From contig NW_019217822.1 in assembly GCF_002571385.2 (NCBI RefSeq), positions 224,398 to 288,397 on the forward strand: a stretch of 64,000 nucleotides of DNA, written 5' to 3'. The notes beneath the pieces were generated by a model. It saw nothing but the letters and a program-made list of their open reading frames with translations. It was not told the origin of the DNA and ran no database searches. The stretch is from Stylophora pistillata. Its lineage: Eukaryota. Positions 38,501 through 53,300 of the stretch are shown one piece after another. A program made the position numbers and the translations under genes. Position 1 is the stretch's first letter; every line of letters starts with the position of its first letter.

Positions 38501-40174
38501 TGCAAGCGCTTGTTGGAAGAAAAAAATTGCATGCAGTCCAAATGTAACTGAAAAAATGTACCAAACAATCGGGAAAAAATATCCTGCACAGCAGATTGCG
38601 AGAAAAAAAAATTTCTTGATGACCAGAAATCATCCACCCCGCCCCCCCTCAAATGTTAAATGGTCGGCCCCAAAACGCAAGAGCAGGAAGTAGTATGATT
38701 TAGGTAGCCTAAGTGCGTAGGCATTGTTTGGTTTCGAAACAAATTACATATCTTTACTCTCACTAGAACGCACTGCATTAAATCAGAGAGCTCGCTTCTA
38801 AACATCAATTCAACTTGTTGGCAGATGTAGTCTTAATATTGACTAGGAGGGGAGAATTGGATAGTCTATTAAAAACCACAAAACCACAGAAAAATCATCA
38901 AAACCGTGAAGACCGATTCATTTTCACAGGCCCAGTTATCAAAATCCTGACAAGTGCAGCATACAGAGGTTTCGCGGCTATTCGAGACCAGTGGAGGTGC
39001 ATAATGCCCCTCACATCGAAGAGAAACCAGAACCCAATTATTAAAAAGCCCGAACCACATCAGATAGCCATATCCGAAAACCCAATAGCATTTTCTAGGA
39101 AAACAGAAAACCAAATGCTACGAAAAAAGGAAAAATACGCAAACCGCAATGAACACCAAATCCGAAGTTTTTGGGCACAAAAACCGAAAAACCGATCTAA
39201 AGATAAGCCAAAACCGCAAAACCATAAATCCCAAATCCCCCCTTCACTTGCTAATGATTATAGAACGAACGCAATAAATGGTTAGAACTATTCACGTTTT
39301 GTAAAAGAGGAGGCGCTTACTCGAAGAGGTATAGGTAAGAGGTATCCAAAGGCTCTTAGCATTCAAAGTTTTTCGGAACATCGATTCATCTTGTTTTGTT
39401 GTGAAAAATAAACTATGGATAGGACCGACAGGATACAGATAGATTGCTAAATTAACTTACGTTCTTCACAATCTTCAACAATTTTAGGATCAGTATACGG
39501 CTCTATTCTGTTTGAAAGATCAAATTCGCCATCTGGATCCTGTTCTTCGATAACCTCACCAATATTTTTAAACAGACCTGAAAGAAAATTGTAAAGAAAA
39601 ATAACTAATTAGAACAAAATAGGGTTTTTAATAAGTTTAGCCGTCAAAACCTTACGTATTTTATCGCATAGTAGTAAGCCGCCTTTCGCTGCAAAGCAAT
39701 TTTTTAACACTCCTTGAAATTAGAACTATGCGGCACCGATTTAGAAAAATCCCATAGATTGCATAATACATGATTAGAAGGTGTTGGATGGTCACTCGGA
39801 TTCCAAGAAAACAACTTACTGTAACACCTGATGGCATTAAAATTTCACGTCTCCTCAGAAACTGAACAGGAGAAAAAACAGTATTTCTTGAACAGTACAA
39901 ACTAGTAAGCTTTTGTCCTATTCTGCTTAAATGATCAACAGATTAAAACAAGTATCTTCGTTGATCAAATGAGCGGTCTATTTTCAGTCCTTGTGAAATT
40001 CTGATTGAGGTTTAAGTGAGTGGAAAGGGAAAATCTTTAACTAGAAGAGTATCTCCTATTTTTTTTCTACTGAGGAATACAAGGCATGCAGCTATTTAAC
40101 AATTATTCCACGAGCGCGCGTCGGATATGAGATGATAGATGGCCAACAAGGCGCATAGCGCCGAGTTGGCTATA

Positions 40175-40237
<63 letters not shown>

Positions 40238-40855
40238 GAAAACTNNNNNNNNNNNNNNNNNNNNNNNNNNNNNNNNNNNNNNNNNNNNNNNNNNNNNNNN
40301 NNNNNNNNNNNNNNNNNNNNNNNNNNNNNNNNNNNNNNNNNNNNNNNNNNNNNNNNNNNNNNNNNNNNNNNNNNNNNNNNNNNNNNNNNNNNNNNNNNNN
40401 NNNNNNNNNNNNNNNNNNNNNNNNNNNNNNNNNNNNNNNNNNNNNNNNNNNNNNNNNNNNNNNNNNNNNNNNNNNNNNNNNNNNNNNNNNNNNNNNNNNN
40501 NNNNNNNNNNNNNNNNNNNNNNNNNNNNNNNNNNNNNNNNNNNNNNNNNNNNNNNNNNNNNNNNNNNNNNNNNNNNNNNNNNNNNNNNNNNNNNNNNNNN
40601 NNNNNNNNNNNNNNNNNNNNNNNNNNNNNNNNNNNNNNNNNNNNNNNNNNNNNNNNNNNNNNNNNNNNNNNNNNNNNNNNNNNNNNNNNNNNNNNNNNNN
40701 NNNNNNNNNNNNNNNNNNNNNNNNNNNNNNNNNNNNNNNNNNNNNNNNNNNNNNNNNNNNNNNNNNNNNNNNNNNNNNNNNNNNNNNNNNNNNNNNNNNN
40801 NNNNNNNNNNNNNNNNNNNNNNNNNNNNNNNNNNNNNNNNNNNNNNNNTACGCTT

Positions 40856-40889
<34 letters not shown>

Positions 40890-40922
40890 ACCAATAATGG
40901 CTAAGTCAATAAAAAGTCTTGG

Positions 40923-40954
<32 letters not shown>

Positions 40955-43900
40955 TACAGATTATAATACTTACCATCCACTTTCTTATCACATGCTGCGT
41001 CAACCACCAGTTGTTTCATCTTACCCATCACTCCATGGGGATCAGTGTGGGTGAGGGCTTTAAAATCATCTTAAATAGATGGAATGACAAATGACGTATA
41101 CCAAGAGATAGCAATCAAGATCTAGGATACTAAGATGTATCACAATCTGAGGTTGCAGAATTTTCACGAACGAAAGTTCCTTGTGTAACTCGCAGTAAAA
41201 GGCACAACTCTGTTCATTCAGCTGAGGATATTAACAACGAAGATCGCAAATTGATAGTGCTGCTCTAGCCGTATTGTTTGTCGTAGTTTTATTTACTATT
41301 ACGCAGAAGTGACTTTATATGTAGTTCTGAAAGTTTTTATAGTACCCCGTAGCGAGGCTCTTGAAAGAGCCACCCGAATTTTAGAATCAGCAGCGTTTAA
41401 TTTCAAGAGTTTGATAGCATTTACATTTCAGTTGAGTCTCTTACCAGTCTTTTCGCCGAGGCCAGCGTCTTCGAGAACTTCGTCCATTTCTTCATCAAAG
41501 TCTAACACGGATAAAGCTGTGAAAGGTAAAACGCAACACCTAGTAACTCTTTACCCAGACGCAAGGTCCGTCAAATTCTGTCCCAACTCTCCCCACCCTC
41601 CTGTGAGACGACGTAACACCCTATATCGACCATTACGAGCTACCCTGAATAAGATGTTCTTTAGTAAGATAAAGATTAAAGCAAATTTTGAAGTGAGGAA
41701 AATCAAAATTTATATCAAGCTAAGAGGTACCCCCCAAAAAAAATCCGAAGGGGTGATAACTTAATGGTGAACCCCTTATTTTTAGAGCAATTTTCTGTCG
41801 AATGTCGCGGATGTCCCTGGTTTCCGGATAGCTTAGGTTTTACTTTACTTTTCTCTCTGATTGCAATTGGTCCAGAAAAGTTGTGCCACCATTTCAACCA
41901 CAGTCAGATTGAAAACTTAAAGCAATCGCGACTTCATCGGCTTTTTCCCGCGCTTTAAGCAGTTTGCTTGTTTTTACTTTGTGTTTTCCTTGGCTCCCTG
42001 CGGCATGATTGGTCATTGCAAAAAGATTGGTTTTGGGTTTCACGGCACTCAATTAATGTTGTATTCACCGAATTGAGATCGCTTGTAATTTATCACGTCT
42101 TACGAATAATTTCTGAATATCAAACCTTTGGAATGAAAGACCTCTTTAATTTTTTCACATTTATCGTAGTTGTCAGCTACATGGCGTCCCAGGATTGTCT
42201 TTACTTTGTCGTTTGAGGGTTCGCTTCGTATTGCCTTCATCAATTCCAGTGCTTTTTCTGAAATTTAAAATGTAACACACACTTATTTTTTTAAACCTTG
42301 GTTTACATACTAACTGGTCCGCTTACTGAGCCCTAAACTGGCGAAGCTTGGAACTTGGAAACAACTTTAAGGTACACAACAAAACATATTTTACCTATAT
42401 GAAAACAGAATTAAAGAAGAAATTTATTCATGATTTACCTCTATTCCTTTTATCTTTAGCAGCTTTTAGCGTCTTCAAAGCAGGAACGATCTCCCCTAAC
42501 TAGATAAAAATTTTCTGATTAGAATCAGTTTAAGGTAATGGTATTAGAACCGAGCAGATATTCGGTTATCTTCATGTTCTAAAATATTCTCGAAAACATA
42601 CGGAATAATTGGACTCTATCATTCAGTGGATGATATTTATAGTATATGATATAACAGTGGATAGCGTTGAAGGCGCGCTTTGATTGGCTACACAAACTCC
42701 GAATAGCCTTGGCTATCCACCCCCTAGCAACTCATGCGGAATTGCACCCCAAAAATAATGTAGTCGGTGCAGAAATAAATGAGTTAAAATCATCTCTTTT
42801 ACTGTATTATCTCAATTTTATTTTAGTATATATTAAAAAAATATATTCGCCTCAATGCCGCTGGCGAGTGGTGGATATTAATCTCGCCATTTTGCGGCTT
42901 GGTAAATATCCACTACAAGCTATCTGCTCTTCAGCGAATGGTTGTCAAGTATCAAAGAGATTGTTCCAGGTCTAAAACTTTGCTTTGATCCAGGCCGACA
43001 AAGTAGAGGAGTCTTCAAAAGTGCACATGAACTCAGAATTATCTTTAAAATTTTCTGAAATTAGAAAAAAATTATGAAAAAAATTATAAAATAAATAAAC
43101 GGCCATTAATACTGAACACTTACTGAATCAGCCAACATTTTCACCGCCTCCGCCACGGATCCCTCCCCCTCACCATGTTCCTGTCCTTCACGATCATTCA
43201 TCTGTTCACCTTTTTTCAAGAGATGAGCAAGGCGAGCTGTGGTTTTGGTCATTGAGGGATGTCTGAGTTTATTGACATCTACCGGTCCATCTGCGAAAAA
43301 AAAGTGATGGACATTTTTATAGTATTTTTTAACTTAAAAAGACTGGGGCTGACTGATGGTGGTGCGATAACTTTGGACCAGGCCTAGGCAAAGCCGGTTA
43401 CGTAATCCTATTTTCATTTCCTTAGTTGAGCGCAATGGAGAGATGTTGATTTCTGGGTAAAGCAAATGATCTGCCCATAAATAATAAAGGGCAATCTATG
43501 ACTGCATACGCCTACTGTTGTATAGTTGTATAGAGTATTACAGTAAAAAAGCAATGTGGTGTAAAATGCAGAAGGGGTTAATGAACAGCTCTTATCGATG
43601 CCAAACTTGTGACAAAAGGAGGACTTGGTTAGAGCACAGTTTGTACACTAGTCAACTGACAGGCCGGGGACAGAGCAGGAAATTAATAGTATAGGTACAT
43701 GTATGAAAGCACAACGGCGGTGCCCACGGCCTCTTAGAAGGAAGACACAGTAGGCACTAAAAACTATGGCAAGTAGAATATCCACTATTTACATTAACAT
43801 TCCAAAGCAATTTGTAATTTAAAAAAATCTTATACTCAAGAAATCCTTCAGCCATGTGCAACATAGAATGATGATGAAACAACCGTATATAAAAAGCAAG

Positions 43901-44959
43901 GCACGATCAAACAGCTTTGCAACATTTTAGTTAAACTGCCTCGAGTGGTGAAGATGTAAACAAATTAATTATATGTACGAATCTGGGTTGCCCGTGTCTA
44001 TTGCCAGGTGGTTTGGTACAAGACTAATGCCGGTTAACTCTGTTACCAACCCAAGCAAACAACAAGAGGAGGTAAAGAAGAAGGAAAAAAAGGCATTTTT
44101 TAGTTGTTTGAATTCTGTAGTTATAGTGCCATGGCAACACGTAGCAATCTTTCGCGAAATGCGGAAAAAAGCAAAATTAAACATGACAGGCATACGAGAC
44201 AAACAATTTAATTACTACCCATTCAATTCGTTTTAGCTTTGCTTGAGCAACTTTTTCATTCAACAAATTTCACTTTGATGGTCAGTTTGGTGTCGTATAG
44301 GATTGCGGAAAAAGTTTTGCTCATTGACGAGTCAACGAAATCGGAAAAAAATTAAATATCAAATATCATCGTGAAATTCTGCAGCGGCTCACCATGCATT
44401 TTTTTTGGAAAAGAAAAACTAATTTGAAAATAAAGAAGTAAATTCAAATGAACTGTCCTTAATTAAAACAAAGCGCATAGCATGTAAAATTCGTTAAGAG
44501 ATAACAGTAAAGCAGGCAAAAAGGATTTCTCTTAAGCCATATTCTGGTGTATACAAACTATTTTTAATTTATGTTTTATTTCATTTCTTTGACGGAACTC
44601 AGAACCCACAACTGATTGTCGGGACTTTACCGGTTTAATGCCCCCTTTATAATCTTAGCTCTCGCTTCTTCATTCCATCTATAAAATAATTCATTCAAAA
44701 ATTTTCTGTCAATGATATTAATTCCGATTAATGAAAACATGCGCTCTATAGTGACTTGAAAACTTTCTATAACCATTGTCTCGAGACATTACGACCACCG
44801 AATGACTGATAAAAAATTGTTATAAAGGAAATGTTTACCTCGCAGGTAGTGATCTAACTCAGCCAGTTTATTGCGGACTGTATTCTCAGGAAGATGAACC
44901 TGGCTCTGAAATGCTTCAGCAGCGGAGACGAAAAGAAAAGTTAAAAGGATATAATTCAT
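35529..44959 (-). CDS. Uncharacterised secreted protein, paralog A (11 exons, ~404 aa)
   Basis: Exons: 44959-44839, 43290-43124, 42499-42439, 42257-42126, 41516-41445, 41069-40974, 39577-39461, 37954-37832, 37400-37363, 36584-36524, 35755-35529; all GT-AG and in phase. Signal peptide MNYILLTFLFVSAAEA. Exon-by-exon homology to paralogs B and C. Confidence 0.88.
37526..37725 (+). mobile_element. piggyBac-like MITE
   Basis: Starts TTAACCCTTT; shares the family body. Confidence 0.55.
38141..38312. mobile_element. MITE with GGGGCG(G/T)ATCCAG TIRs
   Basis: Ends ctggggcgtatccagg and cctggatccgccccag. Confidence 0.7.
38447..38671. mobile_element. MITE
   Basis: TIRs ggggccgatcatttaacttttgaggg and ccctcaaatgttaaatggtcggcccc. 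Confidence 0.7.
38846..39246. mobile_element. AAAACCG-rich MITE
   Basis: Same family as 11216-11688. Confidence 0.6.
40097..40213. repeat. Hairpin repeat element next to the assembly gap
   Basis: Arms aacaattattccacgagcgc..ggatatgagatgat and atcatctcatatcc..gcgcgagtggaataattgtt. Confidence 0.75.
40245..40848. other. Assembly gap (N run) in intron 6 of paralog A
   Basis: Run of n. Confidence 0.99.
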
Positions 44960-47359
44960 CTTCCCCCACTGCCTTCCACCTGGTAATGACTTGCACGCGA
45001 TGGTTGACCCGTTAGACAACTGAGATAAATAACATCGTGTCGGCTTATTGCGTGGGAGTCATCATCCATTCATCACAAAGCGTTGGATCGATTTACAATT
45101 TCTCCCAATACTGTTGCTATATTTAACCAAGTGATGATTGACACCTAAATTCTCCAAACTAGCTTCCATGTTACTGCTCTGTAATGGAGAATTTTGATTT
45201 TAAACTTGTGGTCAAACAATAGCCATACTCATGTCTAACCATTGTTTTTAGTAGGCATTGTATTAAAGCATGTAATTAATTTTGAAATGATCCACAGGGG
45301 ATGTAAATGAAGCGCAACGCGGAAAAATCTTTAATTGCTCGATTAAAGTTCATATGGATTTTACAGATTCCCGAAATGTACTTGAAAATTACGGCTTTTT
45401 GATTGGGTACTGATTTGAAATATCTAACCATAGGTAAACTTAAGATCCTCATAGCTGTAAATAGGTATTCCCATGCCGTACCATATACTTTGAAAACCTC
45501 CTCCACACTTTTGTTGTTCTTTTTACACCAATAAGCGAATTACTTATTTTAAGCATTGATACAAATTGATGACAACGCGGAAAAACCAAACTAAAGCTGC
45601 TTCAAGCCAATTTAATTGAATACAGTCAATAAACGGTTGGGGTTTTTTGTTTTTAATGAAAAGTAGTTTAATGAAAAGTTGTTTTTAATGAAAAGTAGTT
45701 ATTGAGAAGGCGCTAATGGAACACGACCGCAAAATCTTCTCTGCAGTAATTCTTTAAGAAAAATCGAAAGTCTCCGCTTGAATCAATCCTTAATGAGGAC
45801 AATACTAACCAGCATTTATGAAGGTACTTTTGAATAAAGAAACAAAATGTTAAAGATGAATTCAGGCCCTGATCTGATATTAATTGCACATTCGCGGCTA
45901 AGCTTCAGTGTCGCACTTGAAAATGCCATGCAAAAACAATCTGCGAAGAAAAACCCAAACTGGTTACTCAAGTTGTATTTCATTCGGCCCGTTAGTCCTT
46001 GCCTGTAAATTTAACTTAAAGTATTTTTATCTTCATTGACCCAGGGTTCACCAATTCATGCACAGGAAATGGTAATGTATTTGAATAAAAGAAGACATTC
46101 CCGTGGGAAAGACTCTACTATCCTGGCAATGTAACCTTGAACGAAAATGAGATAAAAAGAAAAATGAAAACAAAGCGCTATCAAAAGATTTCTGCTATGC
46201 GAAAAAGTTAACCTCGTGGTTAGCCCATAACAGGCCGTGATGCGATTAATCGCTAATCCTAAGTTTTATCGGGAGTTACATGCAAAATGAGGAGCTAAAA
46301 GCACGAAATGAGACATATATACAGAGGTAGTCTTTAGTGTTAAATTTTCCATGGTTTTCGTTGCGTTCAATCTTTCTTAAATTTTAGGGTGGCGTATGTT
46401 AAATACTCTCTTAGAGACCGATTTATCATTCGAAAAGATTTTCTTATTTTCTATTTTTTCTTATTTATTGTCGGGAGGTTACCAGTCGACTTACTATTCA
46501 CTCAGTTTTGTCTATGAAGTACCGTCAAGTGCATATCAAGTCTTACCTGCGTTTTTAACCATAGCAGTCATCAGTGCGATACTCGCGCGCGCATCCATGC
46601 CACGAGTCTTTCGGTTATTGAGTCAATATCAGTTTATTATCAATTTTTGTGGTTGAATAAAAAAAAAGGACACTATTTCTTTACGAAGTTTACAGATATT
46701 ACATTCAAGACAGTAAAAACTCATTCGTTTCTCCCTCGGATTTTATTTGTTAAAAAAAAAAGAAGTATAAAACAAGAAAACTTAGACACCAATAACCCTG
46801 TGAGAGCAGCACAATACGGTAAGGCGCAAATTGCCAAGTTCTTGAATAAAAACGGTACAACTAATTAAAGAAGTTAAGAAATGAGACTTCTTTTGCTAAA
46901 AGTTAATTATTCCAATTTCTAAATATGGGATGACCATAGCCTTTTAAATGAAACAAATTTATCTGCTTTTTTCTTCCGTCTGTTTGTTTCCAATGTAAAC
47001 TACGACTGTTGCATATCCAGCGGGGAAAAAGGCAATGAGGCTCTACCTATCAGCCCTACAAAAGAGAAAAAGAAAAGTTACTCATTTGACAGATTGATCC
47101 GCAATGTTTTATAATCTATCAAACATTTCTACGCAAAGTTGCTAAATGTAGGTTCAAAACGGGCCTAGTTTGTACAGAGTTTAAACCAGAGACTTTTTGC
47201 TATGCCAGAGAATCGTCACCTTTATTCAGTGTTATCTTTAAATTGTTTGATCACCGACGTTATATACAAGTAACGCGATTTCCTTCCGGCTTACAGCTAC
47301 AGAACAGTGACAGTTTTCAGGAACACAGCAAGATTTAGAATTCCCATACTTACACTTCG

Positions 47360-50300
47360 TTAGGGAGGAGCTTGGGGAGATGCAAGTGCTTTTAAATGTT
47401 TCTCGACAGCGTTACCGATTACTATGGCTCCCCTCAACTGATCCAGCACATACTGACCCACAGTCTTATAGGCTTCATCCTCATCACCTTCCTTCATCAA
47501 CTGCGTAACCTTCGCGATCATTCCTTGGAAAAGAACATGTTTTCGTTTAGCATGTCGGTTACAATCGCTTCAGCCGGCTAACTCCTAAAAAGTGATCAAT
47601 ACATAACTTCTCCCCATGACATTATCCAGCAAACAGGTGATGAGAATACTAACATTTATCAGGTAAGAGTTTGTTATCTTGATAAAACACCAAATTCTTG
47701 TAACTAATTTATTGGGAAATGTGCAGCAGCAAGAGGGGAGAATTAACAGTCAGATCGTCGGGGTTAAAAGGTTTAAGTGAACCTTGGATGTTGTGCGAGT
47801 GTAAATCTAGCTAAGAAAAGGCACAGGGCGGACACTCAGAATACACTGTAACTAAATTTTAACTCATCCAAATGAGTTTTCTGCTCATGATGCCTTTTTT
47901 CCCACTTTTTTTCGCTATACTTAAGATTGTAATTAAGGTTTCTGGAAAGACGTTGTAATTCAAAGAAAGAAAATGTGAAAGTCTTTTTTTAAACACTAAC
48001 AATAATAACAATGGCGGGGGCGGCTATGGTACTCTATTGCACCGGTAAAATTATTCTTGCTACCTTCATTTTTTTTTTTTTAATTTTATCTGCTGAAGAC
48101 GTCTGGTTACAAACCGTAAATCGCTATGGCTAGCTAGACTCTTGTAAATCCTGAAGTTATGCAGCTTCAGAAGGGTTTCTAGCCGAACGATGTCTTGTTT
48201 GGGGGTTACATGTAGCTGGGTCCATGGCGGAAAAGAGTGGTGTATGTGAGATAGGAGGTTACTTTAACCGACAGCCCATGGCGTTAGGTACAAATTATTA
48301 CATACCAGCTTCAAATTTCTGTGTGACATCATGTAGCTCTTTAGACGATTCGCGTAACTTTTCACCCTAAAACAAATTGAGCAAAATATTACTTAAAAAT
48401 ATGATCTCGGTCCCGACTTAAGTACAAATCGCAAACCTTCTCAGATCATGAGTAGCGCTACTATGACTTATTAACAATTAAATCTGTGAAGATACATGCA
48501 AGTATATCTCTGAAAATGCATGATTATCTAGCTACCTGCGGTCATTTTGTACTTTAGATTGAATTTAAACAAATGATATTTTTGAAAGACATATTCGACA
48601 GTTTTTCCGTTACCTTAAGTTTAAACATCATAAAGTACAGAATTGAATTTAAAGTGTATACACAAGACTCGTACCCTTTAAATTCAACTCTGCACTTTGA
48701 AAATTTTTTGCTGAACCGGAGATAACCATGCAAGAACTTTAGAAACATGTCTTTCAAAAATGTCATTTATTTTCTTAAATTTGTAAAATATCTGCTCCTA
48801 TCTAGAACTTTTGATTGAATATTCACAGTTTCTCCCATAACGTGAGGGAGGAGAAGACAAAAGACAAGCTTCATGGTGGATTTTCTCAATCAATTTAATT
48901 TACCCACTAATAATCAATCTAATTTACACTCTAACAAAATCAACCGGTGAAAAGCTATAGAAATACAGGATAAGGCTACGGCATACGAGTTGTGATGCAC
49001 CCCATATGTATCGTAATTGATATGAGATAAGTTTGTTTTTCCTACAGCCACCCCTCCTTCAAAAAAAAACAAAAAACATTGTAACAATACTGACATTCGA
49101 ATAAATACTGACCTCATGGATAAGATGCACAATAAGCCGTATGAGGTTCACTGAAAAAAAAAAAAAAAGGAAAAACCATTCCATGATGGTGGAAAAAAAA
49201 AGCCTTTGGGAACAACAAAGTAGGGTTGCATGGAATCTTAATTAAATGACAAAAAGACTTGACAGGCTGCCTTTAGAGGTCTGATATCAGTTTCATATGC
49301 CGGCATTCTTACCCTTCTTTTGTTTTTTTCCAAAACTGCGCGAGTGTTAAACATCTAAGGCAAATAAACCCTGATTGATATCGATACATGTTTGAGGGAG
49401 ACAGAATTCAAAGCAGATACTGACTTATGTGTGCTTAACAGACCACAAAGCAAAAGCATACAACATGGAGAAAATAAAAAAGAAACGATCTCCCACTCCG
49501 TAGGATAAACCAAACCGAAAAAAAAGCGATACCAAAATATGGACTCTTGTTCTTTCCTTACGGTCTTCTCACAGGTTTCAAACTGAAATCAGGGAAGTTC
49601 TTTAGTTCGGTTGATTTATAAAATTGAAGAAAAATTAAGCAACAATGCTGAAAACACCAGGCTTGTAAAAGTGAGGAAACGTTTTCCTCAAAAGCGTGAG
49701 TTTTATGCTCAGTTCTGTACGTACCTTCATCGCAGTTGTTTTCGTCGTGATGCTCAAACACTAAATCCAGTGCTTTTTCCTTGAGGCTTTTTGGTTCATA
49801 AGGACCAGCGCGTTTGACCAGACCTTAAAAATCAAAATGAAAAAAAAAACTGATAAAATGAAAGGATTACTACGGGTTGGAAGGTATCAAAGAATGCCGG
49901 CCATGACAGTCTCAGTTGAAACAGGACATGTTCCCTTGGTCCATGTCCGTAATTTAAGCCGGACCATCTTTACATGCTTTCAGTGTGGGGCAAAAAGATG
50001 GCGGCAGCCCTTCCTTTCTTTTTTTCTCGGATGCGACCATGATTTCCCCATTTTTAAGTAACGACGAGTTTGACTTTGTTGATACCATGAGCATGGTAGA
50101 CACAATAGAAAAAGAGGAACAGAACACAGACAAACAAAGAAGGTAATACAACTGATCGTAAAATGAAGCTTCCTATAACTACTCTGGGCAATTTGATAGA
50201 TTGTGCCATTGGTCGTATTCCTGGTTTAAATTTCATGTCGTCGTTGCTGGACTTACTTCTATTCATACAATGCCCACTGTTCACTGCATAGCGATATGGC

Positions 50301-53300
50301 TTTATTTTCTTAGAGACATCAAAACTGCCACGAGGATCGGATTCGTCCACGGAACGAACAATCAAGCTAATCAAGCCTTAAAAACAACAAAGCAGAAAAG
50401 AAAAACAAAAATATCATTGGGATGAACAGAAAAAAAATGTTTCTATATCTTGCTTAAGAATTTTTCGAACCTGTAGTTTATAAAGATATATGAGAAAGAT
50501 AAAATGCAAAAGGTACTCAAGCTAGGGAAAGAGGCTTTTTATCAGGAAACTAAAAGTACGTCGCAAAAGCGGTAATCAAACCAGGAGAATTGACAAAGAT
50601 TACCGGGGTAAATATTGTCCATACTTTGATTAAAAAAAATATTAGGCTACTTATATAACCTTTTACACCTTTACATCTGTATTCATATTCTCCATACTGT
50701 TCTCTATACGTTTCCTACGTTGCTGACAAAGAGAATTTGTTCATCAATGAGGAGGTTCTTCAGTTGGTCATGATTTTCTGTATTTTCGGGTTAATATTGT
50801 AAGGAGAAATTAGGTGCTGATCGCTGTCAGGAGTCAAAGGGTCAACGTGAAGGCTTAGAAATGAACTAAGTACTTTACCAGAGCGGGATGTTTTTGTTTA
50901 GATAAGGAAAGAGATATTTCATACTCACCATCCATTTTAGTGTCACAGTAGGTATCAGCCAGTATCCCACCAATTTCCATGACAGCCTTTACTCCAACAT
51001 GATCCGCGAGACCGTGTGCATGAGCCATGCCGACAAACGCTTCAAAAACGTCTACAGGGAGGAGAAAGTGCCTAGGTGATTTATAGTGAATACCCCAAAG
51101 AAATGAAATTCATGGGAGTTAGTTTTAGAATTTTAAGCCTACTCCTCTGACAGACAAGTGCACAAAAAGAAAGACTGCGTTGTGCTCTCAGAGTTTCTTT
51201 GACGTAGTATGACAAGTTGCACTGCAGAAAACAAGCAACAACAACCTATATATAGATACTTATCTATATAGATACTTAACTTTACAATGCGTAGCACCAT
51301 CGGCCACAAAATGATAGCTGCTGTACGGAAATTTAATAGCTATCGTTAAGTGCACAACCCCTTTATTAACTAATTATGACATTAGAGATAATACAAGAAC
51401 TAATGATAATAACAAATACAGTACCACTCACGTCAGTACGTTAACTACACAGACGCATTTTATACGCTCAGATGCAGGCTAGTCAGACGCGCAAATACAA
51501 TTTTTATCTTGTACGTAACCTGTATACAAGTACAGACACTTGACAGACATTTGTACAGTCAAAATTCTCACCGGCTTGTTCGTTTAATTCCGCTTCTTTG
51601 AGAACCTTGCCCATTCCCTCTTCGAAATCATAGTTGTCATTGCCTAACAACGCTATCAGCTCTACACAAGAAAAGAAATGCAATCCACTAATTGATAACA
51701 GGCAAATTCTTGCACTTGTTACATGCGATTGAGCAGTGATGAATCGAATTATTTAGAAGTTTTTCATCTCAAATAGAATTTGCAGAACTTAGTTAAAGTC
51801 CTCTTGGTCGAACTAGAACAGTAAGTTTTACCTTTATTATTAAAAAAATAATGCTTCTATAGCTAACGAGAGCTTAAATTTCTCTTTTCTTAGAAGAAAC
51901 CTTAAATAAACCTTACGAATTTGAGGGAGTTATTTAAACGAGAAAGATGAAAATTTGGCATTTCACCTGTCATGTTGATGTAGTTAGCAAATAGCTTTTT
52001 TACATTATGGCATCTACTGTGCCATTCCATCGCATGTTTGCCCATCAGTTCCTTGATTTCAGTTGCGTTTCCATGCTTCAATACGGTCAGAAAAGCTTTT
52101 GCATCAGCTGAAAGTTAAAATTAAAGCATAAGAGCCTTTAATTGAGGACGACCTGAATTGCGACAAGGAAAACAAAGAGATTCGATGGATGAAAAACTCT
52201 TTTTCAGTGTGTTCGAAGTTTTAAGCCCATCAGTACAAAAACAAACAAACAAAAAAAAAACGACGAAAGGAAAGCAACGCAAAAAAAGACTTCCAAAGGG
52301 AAGAGGCAAAATATTAATGGCCTAACCCCCGAATTTCACCAAATACTTCGAGCTGGTTTTCTGATAAATCCAAATCCTTCAGCTTTGATACAATGCCAAA
52401 TATCCCATATATACCCTTCTGAATTGAGACTCAGCTCTAAATCTGACCTGAATGAAAACTTATTTCTCTCTAATATACAAAAAGAAGAGAAAAAGAAATG
52501 AACACAACAGAAAGGAAATTGATTTAACTATCCGTAGAACTTTAACTACATTTTCGAATTATAAGGAGTTGTCAACTACCTTTATCCTGTTTGTCCCTAG
52601 CCTCCTTCAATGTTGTCAGAGCTTGCCTGATTCTTTTTATCTACAATTCAAAAAAGGGTGCAAAGTTTACAGAACTACACTATGGCATTACAATTGCGGT
52701 TTAACAAGATTTTGTTTAATTTTAATCCTAATTTTCATGTTAGCCCCACAATATTAGAGATAGTTAACTGACTGCCGAATAAAAAAACATTCATTACGAA
52801 TGCTAAAAGTGAATTCCCTACCACATGAACCAATGCAGCTGATCCCGATTCTTCCTCTTCCTCTTCCTCTCCCTCGTGTTGGTCATTCATAGGCTCCCCT
52901 TTCTTCAACAGACGAGCAAGGTGAGCTGTTGTCTTGGTTAGTGAATGCGTTTCCGTGAGTTTCTTGACATTAATAGGCCCATCTGTGATGAGCAAAATAT
53001 CATGAGGAAATCTAAGTATAAAACACGGGGCAGATCGGGTATGGAGACGTGTAAACGTATGACTATTTATCTATGAGCCTAAGGAGGCAATGAAAGCTTC
53101 AAGTCTTAGTTATATGGTCCCACGTAACCTAATAAAGTTGAAGTGGTAAACTGGCCACCGTAACGATTACAAAAGCTAACGTTTCGAGTGTTAGCCCTTC
53201 GACGAAGGGCTAACGCTCGAAACGTCAGCTTTTGTAATCGTTACGGTGGCCAATTTACCATTTCAACTTTGTTGATATATCCAAATTATTTCGTTACTCC

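Noticed and set aside
40096-40897. Long ORFs of 210-254 aa
   Set aside because: Artefacts of the N gap.
43155-43175. Suspected frameshift in the G-run of paralog A exon 2
   Set aside because: Recounting gives GGT GAG GGG GAG GGA TCC, which is in frame.
49725-49823. Apparent fusion of exons 7 and 8 in paralog B
   Set aside because: A separate true exon 7 exists at 50376-50257.
52343-52402. LRR-like peptide KLKDLDLSENQLEVF on the minus strand
   Set aside because: Single isolated motif in an intron, with no phase-compatible splice sites or neighbouring repeats; probably chance.
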